From: Balanoglossus misakiensis
Taxonomy: Eukaryota > Animalia > Hemichordata
Assembly: GCA_040954595.2 (NCBI GenBank)
Contig: CM082584.2
Coordinates: 3,600,110 to 3,664,109, forward strand
Length of the DNA: 64,000 bases
Reading direction: 5' to 3'
The notes beneath the pieces were generated by a model. The model saw only the letters and a list, made by a program, of their open reading frames with translations, searched no databases and was not told where the DNA came from. A program made the position numbers and the translations under genes. Positions 29,401-42,500 of the stretch are shown piece after piece (within the stretch, counting starts at the first letter, position 1; each line of letters opens with the position of its first letter).

Positions 29401-32400
29401 TTGCAAGCACTAGTCACAGCGTCCCTCGGCTTTACTTGTTCCCGTCGATTAGAATTGAAATGTGATCAACTGGACCATTTTCTTGAAATACTTACTGAAA
29501 TTAAAAGTATGCCGTCACCTTGATTTTACAAATGCTTACATATAGTCAAAGGGCATGTTTAAGTCTTCCATTGGCCTTGTGATGGCGCATTTTTTCTTCG
29601 CGATTGTCATTCCCTGTAATCTGTGATTGGCTGTATATCAACTGTCCATGATGATAATAATGGTTAGCTTTGCATAGGTGACCGTACACCTTTTAAGAAT
29701 TGAACATGCAGAAATGTCTAATTCCCATGCTCTGTTGTGTTATGTCTAGACTCTCCGTCCGTTAATGTTCCCCAGTCTGTGGTCTTAATAGTAAGCCAAA
29801 ACCTCACGCTCATATGCCAGATCACAGAAGCAAACCCTGCCGAGGTCAACCTTACCTGGACACTCGCAGACGGACGAAAATATGGTGTTGGGGTCATCGA
29901 ACTCGTGGAGGTGATGCGAGACATGCAAGGAGAACAAGTCTGCGAAGCGACAAATACATTTCATGATGGGACGCAGGGGTATGGGAGTGACACAACTCAT
30001 CTTGATGTACAATGTAAGAACAAATGTAAAGTTCCTATATATCTGTAGCTTCTGACGTAGGCGTATTTACACCCATGTATCTGTTGGAACTGAACATAAT
30101 TTGACGTTATAACACTATCGATTGCTTTTTGATTAGTGTTTATTAAACCCCATATAATCACTTCAGTTTTGCCATCAACATTTTTGAAAATACAGATCCA
30201 CCAGAAGTTAATGAAGGGGAAATTATACGCAAGGAAAGCGAAAACGCAACTTTTCACTGTCGTGTCGACGCAAATCCAGAACCTCATACGTACATCTGGA
30301 CTAAAAACGGCCACACACTCTCCAATCAAACGACCTTCACCATAGACGTTACCAGTCGATCAGATGCAGGCGAGTACATCTGTGAGACTACAAGCGAATT
30401 CCACGATGGCGGCGAAGGTGTTGGTCGGGGTGCGACTCAACTTCACGTTCAATGTGAGTGTGACATAATTTGCCTTTATTAAACGGAGAGTTGCTGCAAC
30501 TTGTCTCTTTAGTTTGTTGATTCTGCCACCGGGTAAGTTTTTCGCTCTGCACACTGGTTTCCGACATCCAACATTCGGGAGACCACTACGCAAACATGTT
30601 AAGTGTCAATATATGGTAATTGACGTCTGGTGGCGATATTTACCAAGAGGTCCGAGGAAGAGCGTGTTGGCAACTTTTGTGTACAAATTGTCGTCTGCAC
30701 TAATTTTTGTTCTATTCAAAATATGTAATATCCAGATTCGCCTGATGTTGAAGAATTCCATATCCTACGTAGTGTAGGTGACATTGTGACTCTTTATTGC
30801 GTGGTCGACGCAAACCCTGAACCGCACACGTACACCTGGTCCAGAAATGGAATCAAAGTGTCAGATCAACAGAATCACACAATCGTGGGCATTGATCGTG
30901 CGGATGCCGGCAACTACAGCTGCTCGGCAACCAATGAATTCTACGACAGCACAGAGGGCAAAGGTCAAGGCACGAGTAAGCTGGAGGTGCAACGTAAGAT
31001 CACATACCAAGTCATTTTACTTTGTGTATGGCTTAGCCCACTCATGCCTACTCTCAAAATTGACGCCTGCAATAGATTATTTTACGCTCTTTGCAATTAT
31101 CGTAGCAACTGGATGCTCGCAAGTAATACAAGCTTTGGACGACACCAGAATGGGTGCAGAGTTTTACGTAAAGTGTAATTTCTGTTGCGATTGTTTGTCC
31201 AGTGTCACATATGAAAGTCCTCCCGCAGGGTCACGTGGAGTTCGTGAAATGGCCCAGTACAAAATGTAGATAATCATGTGATATCTCTTTGTAACTTAAA
31301 ATGACAGTTTTCTCCGTTAAATTCTTACAGGAACGTTAACAAGGCTGCATGTTGGCCAGGCTGAGCAACTCCGTCATCCATTACGTCACTTCCTATGACC
31401 TTACCATGACCTTACCATCGACTTCATCGTAACAGAGAATCACAGTTTAATATTTTTAGCCGTCCAATCGTGGCTGTGCGAATCCTCATTTAAAATCATG
31501 CATGTATTTGATGAATACAATATCATGACCTAACATTGCACACAACTATGTTTATTTATTGATAATTACAACACTACATTTACCTTTGCCAGAACAACTA
31601 ACCAGAACACACCTGATGCTTCCTTAAGTGCACTAAACTCACATATTTTCGCATGAGTTCCTTACTAAATAACTCCATGGAACAATAACCCCTGAACATT
31701 GGTGAACATTTAAAGGGATTTTACATTTCTCTGTACATTGCAGTTGTTTGGATGGCGGTTGTTGTGTTTTAAAAGTGCTTCCGTACATGTGAATATCTTT
31801 GGCGTGCTGGTGCAGCTCAAGGTGATGCCAAATATAACGAAAAGAACAAAAACATGTTTATTCATGTTTTTTCCCTATATTTTGTAGATTTGCCCACCGT
31901 GACTATAGAGACAGAACCTTCATTTAGTATAATAGAAAACGAAGATATTTCATTCCGGTGCCATGCCATGGACGGAAACCCTGATCCTCGTAAAATAAGT
32001 TTGATGTATGATGGAGAAATCCTCGCCGAGGAAAATGGCGTTACAGTGACGTATACCCTCTCAGGAATAAAAAGGTCGCAAAGTGGCACTTATGAGTGTC
32101 GCGCAGTAACACGTTTTTACGACGACTCGGAATTGTTTACTTCCGTTGGCAAAGATATTACAGTATTCTGTGAGTATTATGCGTCACATCCCTGCACCTT
32201 TATCATAATGTAGATTCCAAAGCCATTGACCTAATATCTGACGCAACATGACCCTGCACTTTGCACAACACCGACTGCACAAATTGGCCAATCGACGAAA
32301 GTGCCGTCAACACGTCATCATTTGGTACACCACTGTCCCGAACTCACTACTGAAGGGCCGGCAACATGGCTCTTGTCTAAATCAATGGGTTTCTCACAGC

Positions 32401-34698
32401 TAACATGCATACATGGTTGTCTTCTTTTCAGATTTACCAACCATCGCTGATGAAAGTAGTAAAGAATTCGCTGTCACAATTGACGACCGGGTCGTCCTAA
32501 ACTGCACAGCAAACGGTAATCCGACCCCCGAAATGACATGGTGCCAAGAGGATGACATCATCCCGGACAATGACGACAACAGGAAAATAACAAATGTGGT
32601 AGAGGGGACACAACTGAAGAGCAGTCTTACTGTCCGTGTTGTTGATGACACGTATTACGGAACGTACGCATGCGTGGCTAACAACGACGTGGGTACAAGT
32701 GAGAAACGCGAAATGACGATTCTGGCTGCCGAACCACCAGAAGGTGAGATGACTTTTGTTATCTATGCATCATCCATATACACAGAATTCATCAGTAATG
32801 TGTAGTTTCATCAAGAAATCGTGGACACACCTATGCATTGTGTTGGCAGCTCCAGCCAATTTTGTACACATGCCAGCGTTTTAATTCTACTTCGGTTTCG
32901 TTGCAGCAAACCTTGGCTTGATCATTGGCGCCAGTGCTGGGGGATTTTGTGTTCTGTTGATAATTATTGCCGTGATATATTGCAACAGACAAAGAAGGAA
33001 GGGCGAATACGAAGGTAAATCCATGTAGGATAGAATATATTTGATGTAACTCTTCGTAGGCACCGTGCCATGTCAGTATAGCCAATCTAATTTATTAAGA
33101 TGGCTAAGTAATAATTATTATATATGTATATTGGTGTACATGTATATGTCAAAAGATTATCATTATATGGTTAGAAGGACTTGTCTGAATTTGATAACAA
33201 GTCTTATCTTCGCATGGCAACCAAATTTAGTTTATTAAATGGCAATGCACCTTAAGCATTGTATTCTCTTCTACATTATATTTTTTTTTACATTTTACGC
33301 ATGCATTCATATTTTTAATCTTGCATTTTCGTTGTTTTGCTTGCTTCACCGATGGAAGTTAACATGTGTAAGTCAATGTATTATATCGTGTCATTTCATG
33401 CTCATTCAACCCATTATCTTTTAGTTTTTACACATATTCCATGATCATATCATGTATAGCATTCTTCCTGTCCATACCTAATTTGCCTCTTCTTAATCTA
33501 ATACTAGTTCATGGCATTTTCAACATCCTTTTTCTTATCGCTGTCAGGTGTGTTTGGAACTGTTTATATTCTGTTAACGTGTGATTAACTATAGTTAATT
33601 GCTAGTAAAGTATCCATACAACCTTTATTCATATTAATCCATAAGAAAGCAAACCAGAGCTAGATGTTTTCGTAACATATCTAGACGTGGCCAGTACGGA
33701 CACTTTTGGTAATGTCTATAATGATTGTCTGTACTAATCAGTGTGAGCATTGTTTTCTTTATTGCAGATAGGATAAAAGAACAAATGTAAGTATACATAC
33801 TGCTGGTGTTATTTTTTTTAAATCAAACCTATTATTATTTAAATTATTATTTTATATTATTATTAGTAGTAGTATTAGTATTATTTATTGTTCTCGTTCG
33901 TTGCAGAAACAAAGCCAAAGCCAATGAAAGCATACAAATGTCTTCATTGGGACCAGATGATATAGCTAACGGAACAGATGTAGTATTTAACGGTTAGTAT
34001 ATATCTGAATAGATGTATTTGTATCCTCTCATCAAAGCACCTTTGCAAATAATTCAGGGAACACCCTTCACAGACACTGATTTGAACTATATATGTTCCA
34101 TGGTAAAGACATCCAGTCGCAGGAGACAGAACTACATGTTCTATGTTATCATTCGCCTCATCCACATGATGATAACATCTTTGCATCTGACAATTTCTTC
34201 TTTGGTTTCACTTTAGATAATGAGGATTTATCGACATTTAAAATTGATGGAGATTCGAAGGAGGTAAATATTTCTATTTGATTTGCTCAATCTTCTTGAT
34301 ATATAGCCGCTGCGTTGAATTTTGACAATTTTGACAAAGCCTATGTTACGAAGACCGAATAGTTTATAACAAGTTGCTTTACAACAAACATTGAAAGGGT
34401 CAAAAATGATTTTGAGAAAATGCCCCATTGCGTTTCTGGTGACTGCTTATGCTACACGTGTATTATGAAACTATTTCATTCTTCTCATTAGGTGTGTACT
34501 TGAATTATATTTAAGTCTCTTATGTCTACTGTATCTGTTATACAGGGAGTGGATGCGCCAGGAAACGTGTACGTGTTCAACGAAATTGGACCAGGTTCAG
34601 ATGCGCCAGCAAACGGGTATACCGAAATTGGGCCAGGTTCAAAAGGCACCCCAACAACCAACGATAAGCCACAGGAAGATGAAACGATTGCAGTGTAA
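17458..34698 (+). CDS. Gene B: giant type I membrane IgSF receptor (signal peptide, 25 Ig domains, TM, Tyr-motif tail), paralogue of gene A
   Basis: Leader 17458-17506 (MLLSTILLLLMQFTRS). Ig exons: 18100-18408, 18773-19048, 19263-19550, 19839-20105, 20313-20600, 20938-21204, 21641-21904, 22372-22638, 23030-23293, 23873-24139, 24269-24532, 24924-25187, 25383-25646, 26151-26414, 26945-27208, 27380-27646, 27842-28105, 28292-28555, 28680-28943, 29075-29338, 29750-30013, 30196-30453, 30736-30993, 31888-32169, 32432-32743. TM 32907-33014 (LGLIIGASAGGFCVLLIIIAVIYC then RQRRK). Tail exons 33768-33786, 33907-33992, 34217-34263, 34546-34698 (TAA). Phases join without stops. Confidence 0.9.
22021..22214. 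repeat. (TGAG)n microsatellite, ~190 bp
   Basis: Directly visible. Confidence 0.97.
23305..23635. mobile_element. Non-autonomous element with a long palindrome at one end
   Basis: 23321-23454 folds back on itself (cgccctgaccattaatgtttgtttatgggcg ... cgcccataaacaaacgttaatggtcagggcg). A short inverted pair tattacca/tggtaata brackets the remainder. Confidence 0.6.
25700..26048. mobile_element. MITE, copy 1 (gene B intron)
   Basis: Ends ccttaaataggtttt ... aaaacctatttaacg are inverted. Highly similar copy at 41352-41674. Confidence 0.8.
26697..26835 (+). pseudogene. Decayed Ig exon remnant within the gene B array
   Basis: Good acceptor (ctccag) followed by (Y)IYEVTIIDESDGKVIEG, matching the start of sibling exons. 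The Cys-containing segment is then absent, a shifted frame gives SGGKRIETVALLVL (compare PAGDRIEGGVLDI), and the main frame stops. Confidence 0.75.
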
Positions 34699-36106
34699 TG
34701 ATTAATATCAAGAATTGGTGCGGGGAAGGAAATGTAGTCTTATAGCTTTAACAATCACACTGTCATCACAATATAGGCTTACTTTCCCCAATTAATTAAA
34801 TGTTTATCATTGTTATATTATTCGTATTTGTTCAAGCCCCCCCCCCCCCAGAAGTTATATTCTTTGCGTCTTGATTTCATTTGTAGTAATAGGAACCTCT
34901 ATTTTATTTTACTTATTGCTTTTTAATATAAGCTTGCGTATTGCATAGAAGATGAATCTTCAAATGATGTAAATGTACCACAGGAATTTTTCTATATTGT
35001 CTTGTTCAAGTACTACTAATTAATACTCATAACTTAAACAGGCACGTGGTATGTTAGGTCAAATGAAAACGTTTGCATTGCAAATGAATGCGGTTAATGA
35101 AATTTCAATATTTTGCTTTATCTTTGGATGGCTTATTTTGTTTCAAAATTTCTTATGTCATTTAGGCGTATATATTCACATATTGTTCAAATCTTCCGGG
35201 ATAATGTCAAAAAGTATATTTTTATAACTGTGAGAAATTACAGCGACATTAAAAGATACGGCTAGATGTGTAATTAAAGTCTACTGACACATAAACATAA
35301 TTTGATGAACACGTCATAAATGACATTTAAGTTAACAAGAAATGATGAACCAAAGGCTATGAAGTAAAATTTCAAATTTTTAAATTTCCTTCTTTTGTAA
35401 TAAGCAGAGAAATATTAACCAGGGTAGAATACATTGTGATATGCCATATGTAATTTATGTATGGAAAAGAAATGAATTGGTCAGAACGTCATATATCCAC
35501 TCTGCAGTGTTTTTAATTAAATAAATCATAATAAAAATATGAATATACAGATATATTTTAATGAGTCATGAATTGTCTGAATTAGAGAGAGGGGGGAGAA
35601 AGAGAAAGAGAGAGCCTGCGATTTCAGTCAAACAACGACCACTCATATATAAATATTTGAAATACCATTTTTGCCTCAGTCTGCTTTTCCGCATAGTGTA
35701 TTTACAAACCCCTCCCTAAAAGTAAACGTTGACATTTGATCAAGTTAATAAAAATATATAAATCATAAATATGCCTATGTGTCTGGTGAATTTACTACCG
35801 ACACATTTTTTCTGAGCTCAGCTGCGAAATGGGGCGTTTTATTTTTCTCCGAAGGGTTAGTTGTCATAGCGCCCTCTAGTCAGTGACGTCACTAAATTTA
35901 ATCGGTTAGTTGTCTTTCTCTCCGGAGGTGTGTGATATCGTCCGGTCCGAAATACCGATTTCAGTCGCGAAAAATCTTTCTTTCCAAGATTTGTAGTAAT
36001 CGAATGATCGAGTGTATCTCCCGGTCACCCGGTTATTGGTGATATGTGCATCACTTGCCCGAGATTTCTCCCGCCGACGAGCGGCCGCAGCGTGCGTCGA
36101 GTGACC

Positions 36107-36173
36107 TAGCCCTGCGTGCTCCCAGCGATAGGCCGTGTAACGCCGGGAGCACGCAGACCTCTACGCAGGGCTA
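36107..36173. mobile_element. Small hairpin MITE
   Basis: tagccctgcgt ... acgcagggcta terminal inverted repeats with an internal stem tgctccc/gggagca. Confidence 0.55.
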
Positions 36174-36345
36174 CGAATGACCATGATTTAAATTCGCCGT
36201 GCCAGTGTGAATGGTTAAAATCTGTCCTGCCAAATTTTAACAGACCTTAGGGATAATTCCTGAAATCTGCGACAATTGGTGGGAGCGGTGTGATTAGCTT
36301 TTCTGCATTTTTAGTCAACGAAATGTTGTGCTATATTATATTCAG

Positions 36346-36870
36346 TGTCTGCACAATCTTACTCTGGACACGGTACTTCTCACCTAGTCTATCTTGAATA
36401 GTCTCGCACTGGTAATTATTAAGTTGTGAACACTGGTGGATTTATAATTGGGTTTGTAAACGCTGCCGTGTAAGGGATAGAGTAGATTTAGGACTATGAA
36501 ACTATGACAGTTACACGTATTTTACATCATGGTCAGTGACCTGTCGGGGCGCGCGTACAAGTTGGAATTGAATACATTTTGGTGATGGCGGGGTTTCCCA
36601 CGTTGCCCCTGGAGTGACAGGGTTTCCCGAAGTGACCCCTACTCCCTGCCTACCCCTATATTGATTCCGTCTATTCCGATACAAATGATAGAAACCCCCA
36701 AGTCATCATTTTTGAAAGTAACTTTGGGTATTTCTTTGTACAAACAAAAGACTCGCCATTTAACTAAGTAAATGTCGATCAATGTCTGCACAAACTTACT
36801 CTGGACACGGTAATTCTCGCCGAATTACCTGCGTGTATCTTGAATAGTCTCTCACAGGTAATTAGTAAGC
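36346..36870. repeat. Imperfect ~90-bp direct duplication (36346-36425 and 36783-36870)
   Basis: gtctgcacaa..ttactctggacacggta.ttctc ... tatcttgaatagtctc.cac.ggtaatta occurs twice. Confidence 0.75.
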
Positions 36871-37439
36871 TGTCAGCATTGATTTAATGTAAATATCACA
36901 CTTTTGTTACTTTTTTCAGTGATATCAGGAATACATGGAATACTTGCACACAGTCTCTAAGTGTTCAAAATAAGAATAATCATAAATTCAAAACGTGTCA
37001 TAAAGGTACCTTTTTTGATGTTCATGTAAAATGATAATTTTTGTCATGAAATCTAGACGAAATGCTTACTTCCATAGCAGTCATTCTATCTCAAGCAAAT
37101 AAACATTGCCGCAGATAAGCCAAAATATGTTATCTATACCTGCATGAAATGCACAGTAATTCAATATCTCATTCCAAAAGCCTGCATGCTGCCTATAGCT
37201 TATATAACAATGTGTGCATTCAGGCATTTCCCACCACTGTCTGTGCGTGTTTATATGTATGTATTTATGTATGTATGTATTTGGGTATGTGTGTATGATC
37301 AGACAGTAGAGATAGCCACACGTGTGTATGATATGCTTTGATCTGTGATATAAAAGATAGTTTGACAGTCGTGCCATGCATTTGCATGAAACTGCATTAG
37401 TAAATGTCCATTTATGCGATCTGCCTGAAAGCAGGCGTC

Positions 37440-39546
37440 CTAGCACTTCTCTTTCACAGCTGATGCTTTCTTGTATTTCGGCGTATCAACGCAGGCGCGT
37501 TTGATGTCGATGTAAACCTGTTGGCGTTAAACAGATAACGGCACAGATTATAACAAAAGCGCCATCAGTGTCCGTGACCTTCTTTAGCATGTAGTTAATA
37601 CAGGAAACTTAGAAAACTCCTGGCGGAGAGATTGTTGTCATTGAGTATGTATCATCCCTGTGCAGGACTTCTTGCAGACAATTAAATTGTTTGTAGTTTT
37701 GTTGTGAAACTGTAGTCATTAATTTGACATCTGATCTTTACAACATCTATGTAACATGCATGTGTGATTACCTCTCTATTCCTGCCCATACTATCAAGTT
37801 CAATGATCAGTTTATTGAAAGGCGGTCTCTCTCTTGGGTTTTCTGACCAACACCTCATCATCAAAGAGTACCTACAGATAGAATTGTGTTTTACATCTTT
37901 ACGTCTCTATATCTTTATAGCACTAAAAGACAAATATATACTAATGTATACTTTTCACCACACTAAAACTCATAGTTTTTGCTTATTGGATATTTTCACA
38001 ATTGAAACCTTGTTGTCTGTGTGCTTGTGTTTGTTTGCATGTTTGTTTCCCTTGTATAGTTTGACTCTACATCACAACCATTATGCTTACTCACAGATTT
38101 GCATCACAATAGGCAGGCCTTTTCATACGAAACCCCTTCAAGATGAAATCTTTTACTTGACTGGCTGTCTGCGCTGTTGGATACGGAGTGTTACCTTGAG
38201 TGATAGAAATGACAAGTGCTGCATGAACCAAACATGAATGAATGTTTACAGCCTGGTTCAACTTTATGTATTGTTATGCAGGCTTCTCTACAATGTCAGC
38301 AGGTGCATGTCAACAAAACTGACCACAAAAATACATTTATCGCCATTCACTGGAGTACTGCCCCCAACGGTGATAATGATCACTGCTTTGTTTACTGTTG
38401 TCAAACACTACATTAGAAAATATGTTTATGTTTTTAGTGGCGTTAACATAATCTGCTTACCTAATGTGACCATCTCCCACAGAAGAATACCGAAGGACCA
38501 CACATCACCCATAGTTGTATATTCAGATGATTTCACAGTTTCTGGTGCCATCCATCGCAATGGTCGACGTGTCTATCAAAGATGGAGAGAATGGGTTATT
38601 TCAATATAGGGCAATGACATCCGTTGCTTGTCTAATTCATAAACTAACTGAATATGGATCGTTTATTGGCTGGGAAAAAAATGTTGATTAGCAGATGAAA
38701 GGAATGAGTGAGTGGGTTAAGAAACCGATGGATGAATGAATGAGTGAATGAATGAATGAATGAATGAATGAGTGAATGAATGAATGAATGAACGAACGAA
38801 CGAACGAACGAACGAACGAACGAACGAATGAATGAATGAATTAACAAATAAATGAACGAAGGAAATATCAAAATACAGTGTTAAATACCTCCTTCACTCT
38901 CTTGCTATCAATGTCTCTGTTCCCTCGAAGACCAATGTTTGATAGTTTACACGTGTTGCCCTTCGAAAGAAGCACACTTCTTGCTGCAAGTTCACCATGC
39001 ACAAACTGGTGAGAAAGTGGATTAAAACCTGATTAAACCATCCCGGTGCCTATTCGAATGGGGATTAACATGTCCATGCTTACAATATTGCATGAATATC
39101 TATATAGTTCATGTAATCATTTTAGCATTACTGGCTACTTTTACATTCCTGCAGAACTTTTGAACAAGTAAACAACATTACTAGCATAGCTGTTTATGGA
39201 TTATACTGTTAAACAAATCATACATTTTTCGAGGCCAAGAATTCCATTCCATTGGCTACTTGTTTGGCGAAGGAAAGAAGGTCTTTGTCAGTCAGAGTCC
39301 ATGATCGCCCACTAGTGTTGGCATAGTTACTTGTCTTCTCCCGACGATAGTCCCTCAAGTATTTTTGCAGATTTCCATTGGCCATAAACTCCATAATAAT
39401 GTAAACAGGTTCTAAGATACAACAAAAATATATAGACTGACCTTGAATGTAGATTATTGTGGGTGCTTCTTTGCAATCATGAAATGTGGTTGAAGACAAG
39501 AATTTTGTTTAAAATTTTCTTTCAGTTCCCTTTGGTTGTTGTTGTT

Positions 39547-39594
<48 letters not shown>

Positions 39595-42500
39595 GATATT
39601 GTTGTATTTTTAGCAAGAAATTTGAAGAGTAATGACTCCATTAATAATAAAGTAATTTTTAGTCTTACCGCTTTCATCACAGCAGCCAAGAAGACCAACT
39701 ACATTCCGAGATGACGCCACCAATTTCAATATTTCTAACTCAATAAGCAGTCGTCGTTTGTCCTCATCCGAGGCGCTATCTGCAAAAGAGTATCTCATAC
39801 ATGGTAACACAGGCTACGTCAATTAGTGCTGACAAGGGATTATCTGAATATCTTGTCTATCTCTCTTTACTCTCACACAACAATAGACATGAGAAAACAA
39901 GCCAACACACAGACATCTTCAGGGAGTCAATTTCATTAATAAGCTGAGCAATTTCAAAGTGGCAAACCTTTAACAGTCTTGACTGCTACTACCGTCTTGC
40001 CCTTTTTCCCTCCGATGTCCTCTGCCAAGGCCCTGGTCACCTGACCGAATGATCCTTCACCAATTGCTGATGTCATAGAGATGTACTGGCGGGGAAATGC
40101 ATAGGAGACTTGACCGGATTTCATGTATACGCCGTCAGCATTTCCCCCTTGAAGTGCCTCATATTTTTCAAGGGACATATAAGTCGATTCCTACATTAAA
40201 GATAATGTTAGGTTAAAGCGGGTAGCTCGTCGCATGCGCATGCGCGTAACTTCCCAGCAAATTTTCCGTTCGATGCATTCAAATAGTGGATTGCCTTCGC
40301 TGCCTTCCATATTTCATGCGCACCGTATAAGTAGATTCTGATTTTGTCCCTCCTTTTCACCCAAGCTAGTGTCTTTTCCCGATCTCCGACACAGATTATG
40401 GTCGCTGCCATCTTGTGTGAGCACTGCCTTATGGGATTGACTGTTCACTAAACGTCTGTAACCAGCGGCTACAGTTGGAACATGCTTGTGAGACGAGCCA
40501 CGCGCTTTAAAGTGTTTTATTTATGCATCATGTATGCGCAGTCATTTCGGTTTTAGGCTTTTACGTTTCATGATATTGATAAAATACCCTCAATCATGGA
40601 TAATGAGAGATCACCAAACCTTTTCCCTTGTTCCAGGTTTTAAATCCTGATAATGTCCTTCATTATGCTCATTTTCTTTTGTCTGTTAAAAATAAATATA
40701 TACAAAATGACCAGTGTCAGTAATTGACCATTGTGCATGTATGGTGTCTAATAACAAACCACTGTATTTAATTTACAAATTAAACACTGTATTTAATTTA
40801 TAGTGGTTGATTTTGCAGAGAGGTTTCTGTAGCAACAGACCCAGATGATGACTAGAAATAGCTGATCTATTATAGTCTTGATGGTGACCATCCACAAGTC
40901 AAAGCATGTCCGAGCCCTGCCAGAGAAGTACCTTTCCCTGCTCTAAAGCATATGGTCAAAATACCATCTAAGTATTAAAAAAACATAGATAATTAGACAT
41001 CACCAGACCTTTTCTTTTGGTTCGTCTATTAGATCCTGATAATGTCCTCCAACACTCTCATTCTCTTCTGTCTGTTTAGAATAAATAGGTTAAAAAATAT
41101 TGCGTGTCAGATATCACCCATAGTATGTGTGTGGACCTGATATATCTGTTTAGAAAAATGACCGATGTCAGCTGATTTTGCTGAGGGGTTCATGTAGCAA
41201 CAGACCAGGGTGTTGACTCAGAAAGCCCTGATCTCTAAGTCCAGATCAGTGATCATGTATCTTCAACAAATCAAAGACTGTACAAAATGCACAAATTGTA
41301 AAATACATTCCCACTTTGAACTGTGCTAAGGTGACAGCCACCTGTTTTTCTAGGTGCCTTAAAAAGGTTTTCACTTTGCGCTAGGAGGTCAAATCACATT
41401 GCATTCTGGGCGAAAAGTCGACAACCCACTGTAGTAAGACTCTTACAGATAGAAGAAATGATATGTTTTACTATATTTCATAACTTCCTTTGGTCAAACA
41501 TCTGTCTTTGTAGTTAGCATATTAAACTCATTAAACTTTTTTCACATTTTGTTAATTTTTCTGTTAAAAACTTTCAGAATGGCCCATCATTGGCCATCTA
41601 GAAATTGTGTCGACCATATGAGATTTTCATCACTCACTTAGGTAGCTTAAAACCTATTTAAGGTAGGGAGAATTGAATGACAGCTGCACCCAGCATTTAA
41701 CCCTGTCACTCCAGTTCCCTCTTTGGACAGCTAACCTACCATAGAAACAATGAATTTGGGTAAAACCACCAGTGAAAGGGTTCAAACAAGAAAACTGAAA
41801 AATGTATAAATCCAAACCTTTCCAATATTATCGAATTCCATGTCTGGTGAACCGCCACTTTCGGGATTTTGTTTCTAACAAAAGAAATAAAATACAATAA
41901 AGTGTTAATGCTATCATTAGTTAAACTAATATCCGACAATAAGAGTTAGTACTGTATTCTAAACTCGACAGACTGTACGACTGTCACAGACAGACTGAGG
42001 CATACTCACATACATACATACATACATACATACATACATACAAGCATGCACATATAGAAGGATCCGGTCTTTACGTACCATCCCCTTCTTCCTCTTTCTG
42101 TACACAACGTATGCAACAGCAGCAATCAGGACGAGACCAATCACAACACCAAAAACTGCCCCGATGATAACTTCAGGAATCAGTATGTAGAAGAATACAG
42201 AAAGAATACTTAAATATTTCCTTGTGAGAATTTATTTCTTTAGGGACCGTTCAGTTTTTACGGCCGGGGGACGGCAAAATCCAGGGGGGGGGGGGGGTCA
42301 CTTAAATTTTGAAGTCCACATAGGGGGGTCATCTTTTTTAAAACGTTTAGGGGGGGTCACATACTTTTGCCACAAAACTTTTGATTTTGACTCCACAAAA
42401 TTGTAGTTTCGCGCCCTTTATTTACAAAATTTTCTAATGTCGGAGGGGGACACCCCTTCCACACCCACCCCCTCCATTCTTTTATAACATTTTCTCGTGT

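Noticed and set aside
19263-30993. Dscam-style mutually exclusive exon cluster
   Set aside because: Exons are whole symmetric domains that can be joined serially, colinear with gene A. I saw no docking or selector sequences; RNA data would be needed.
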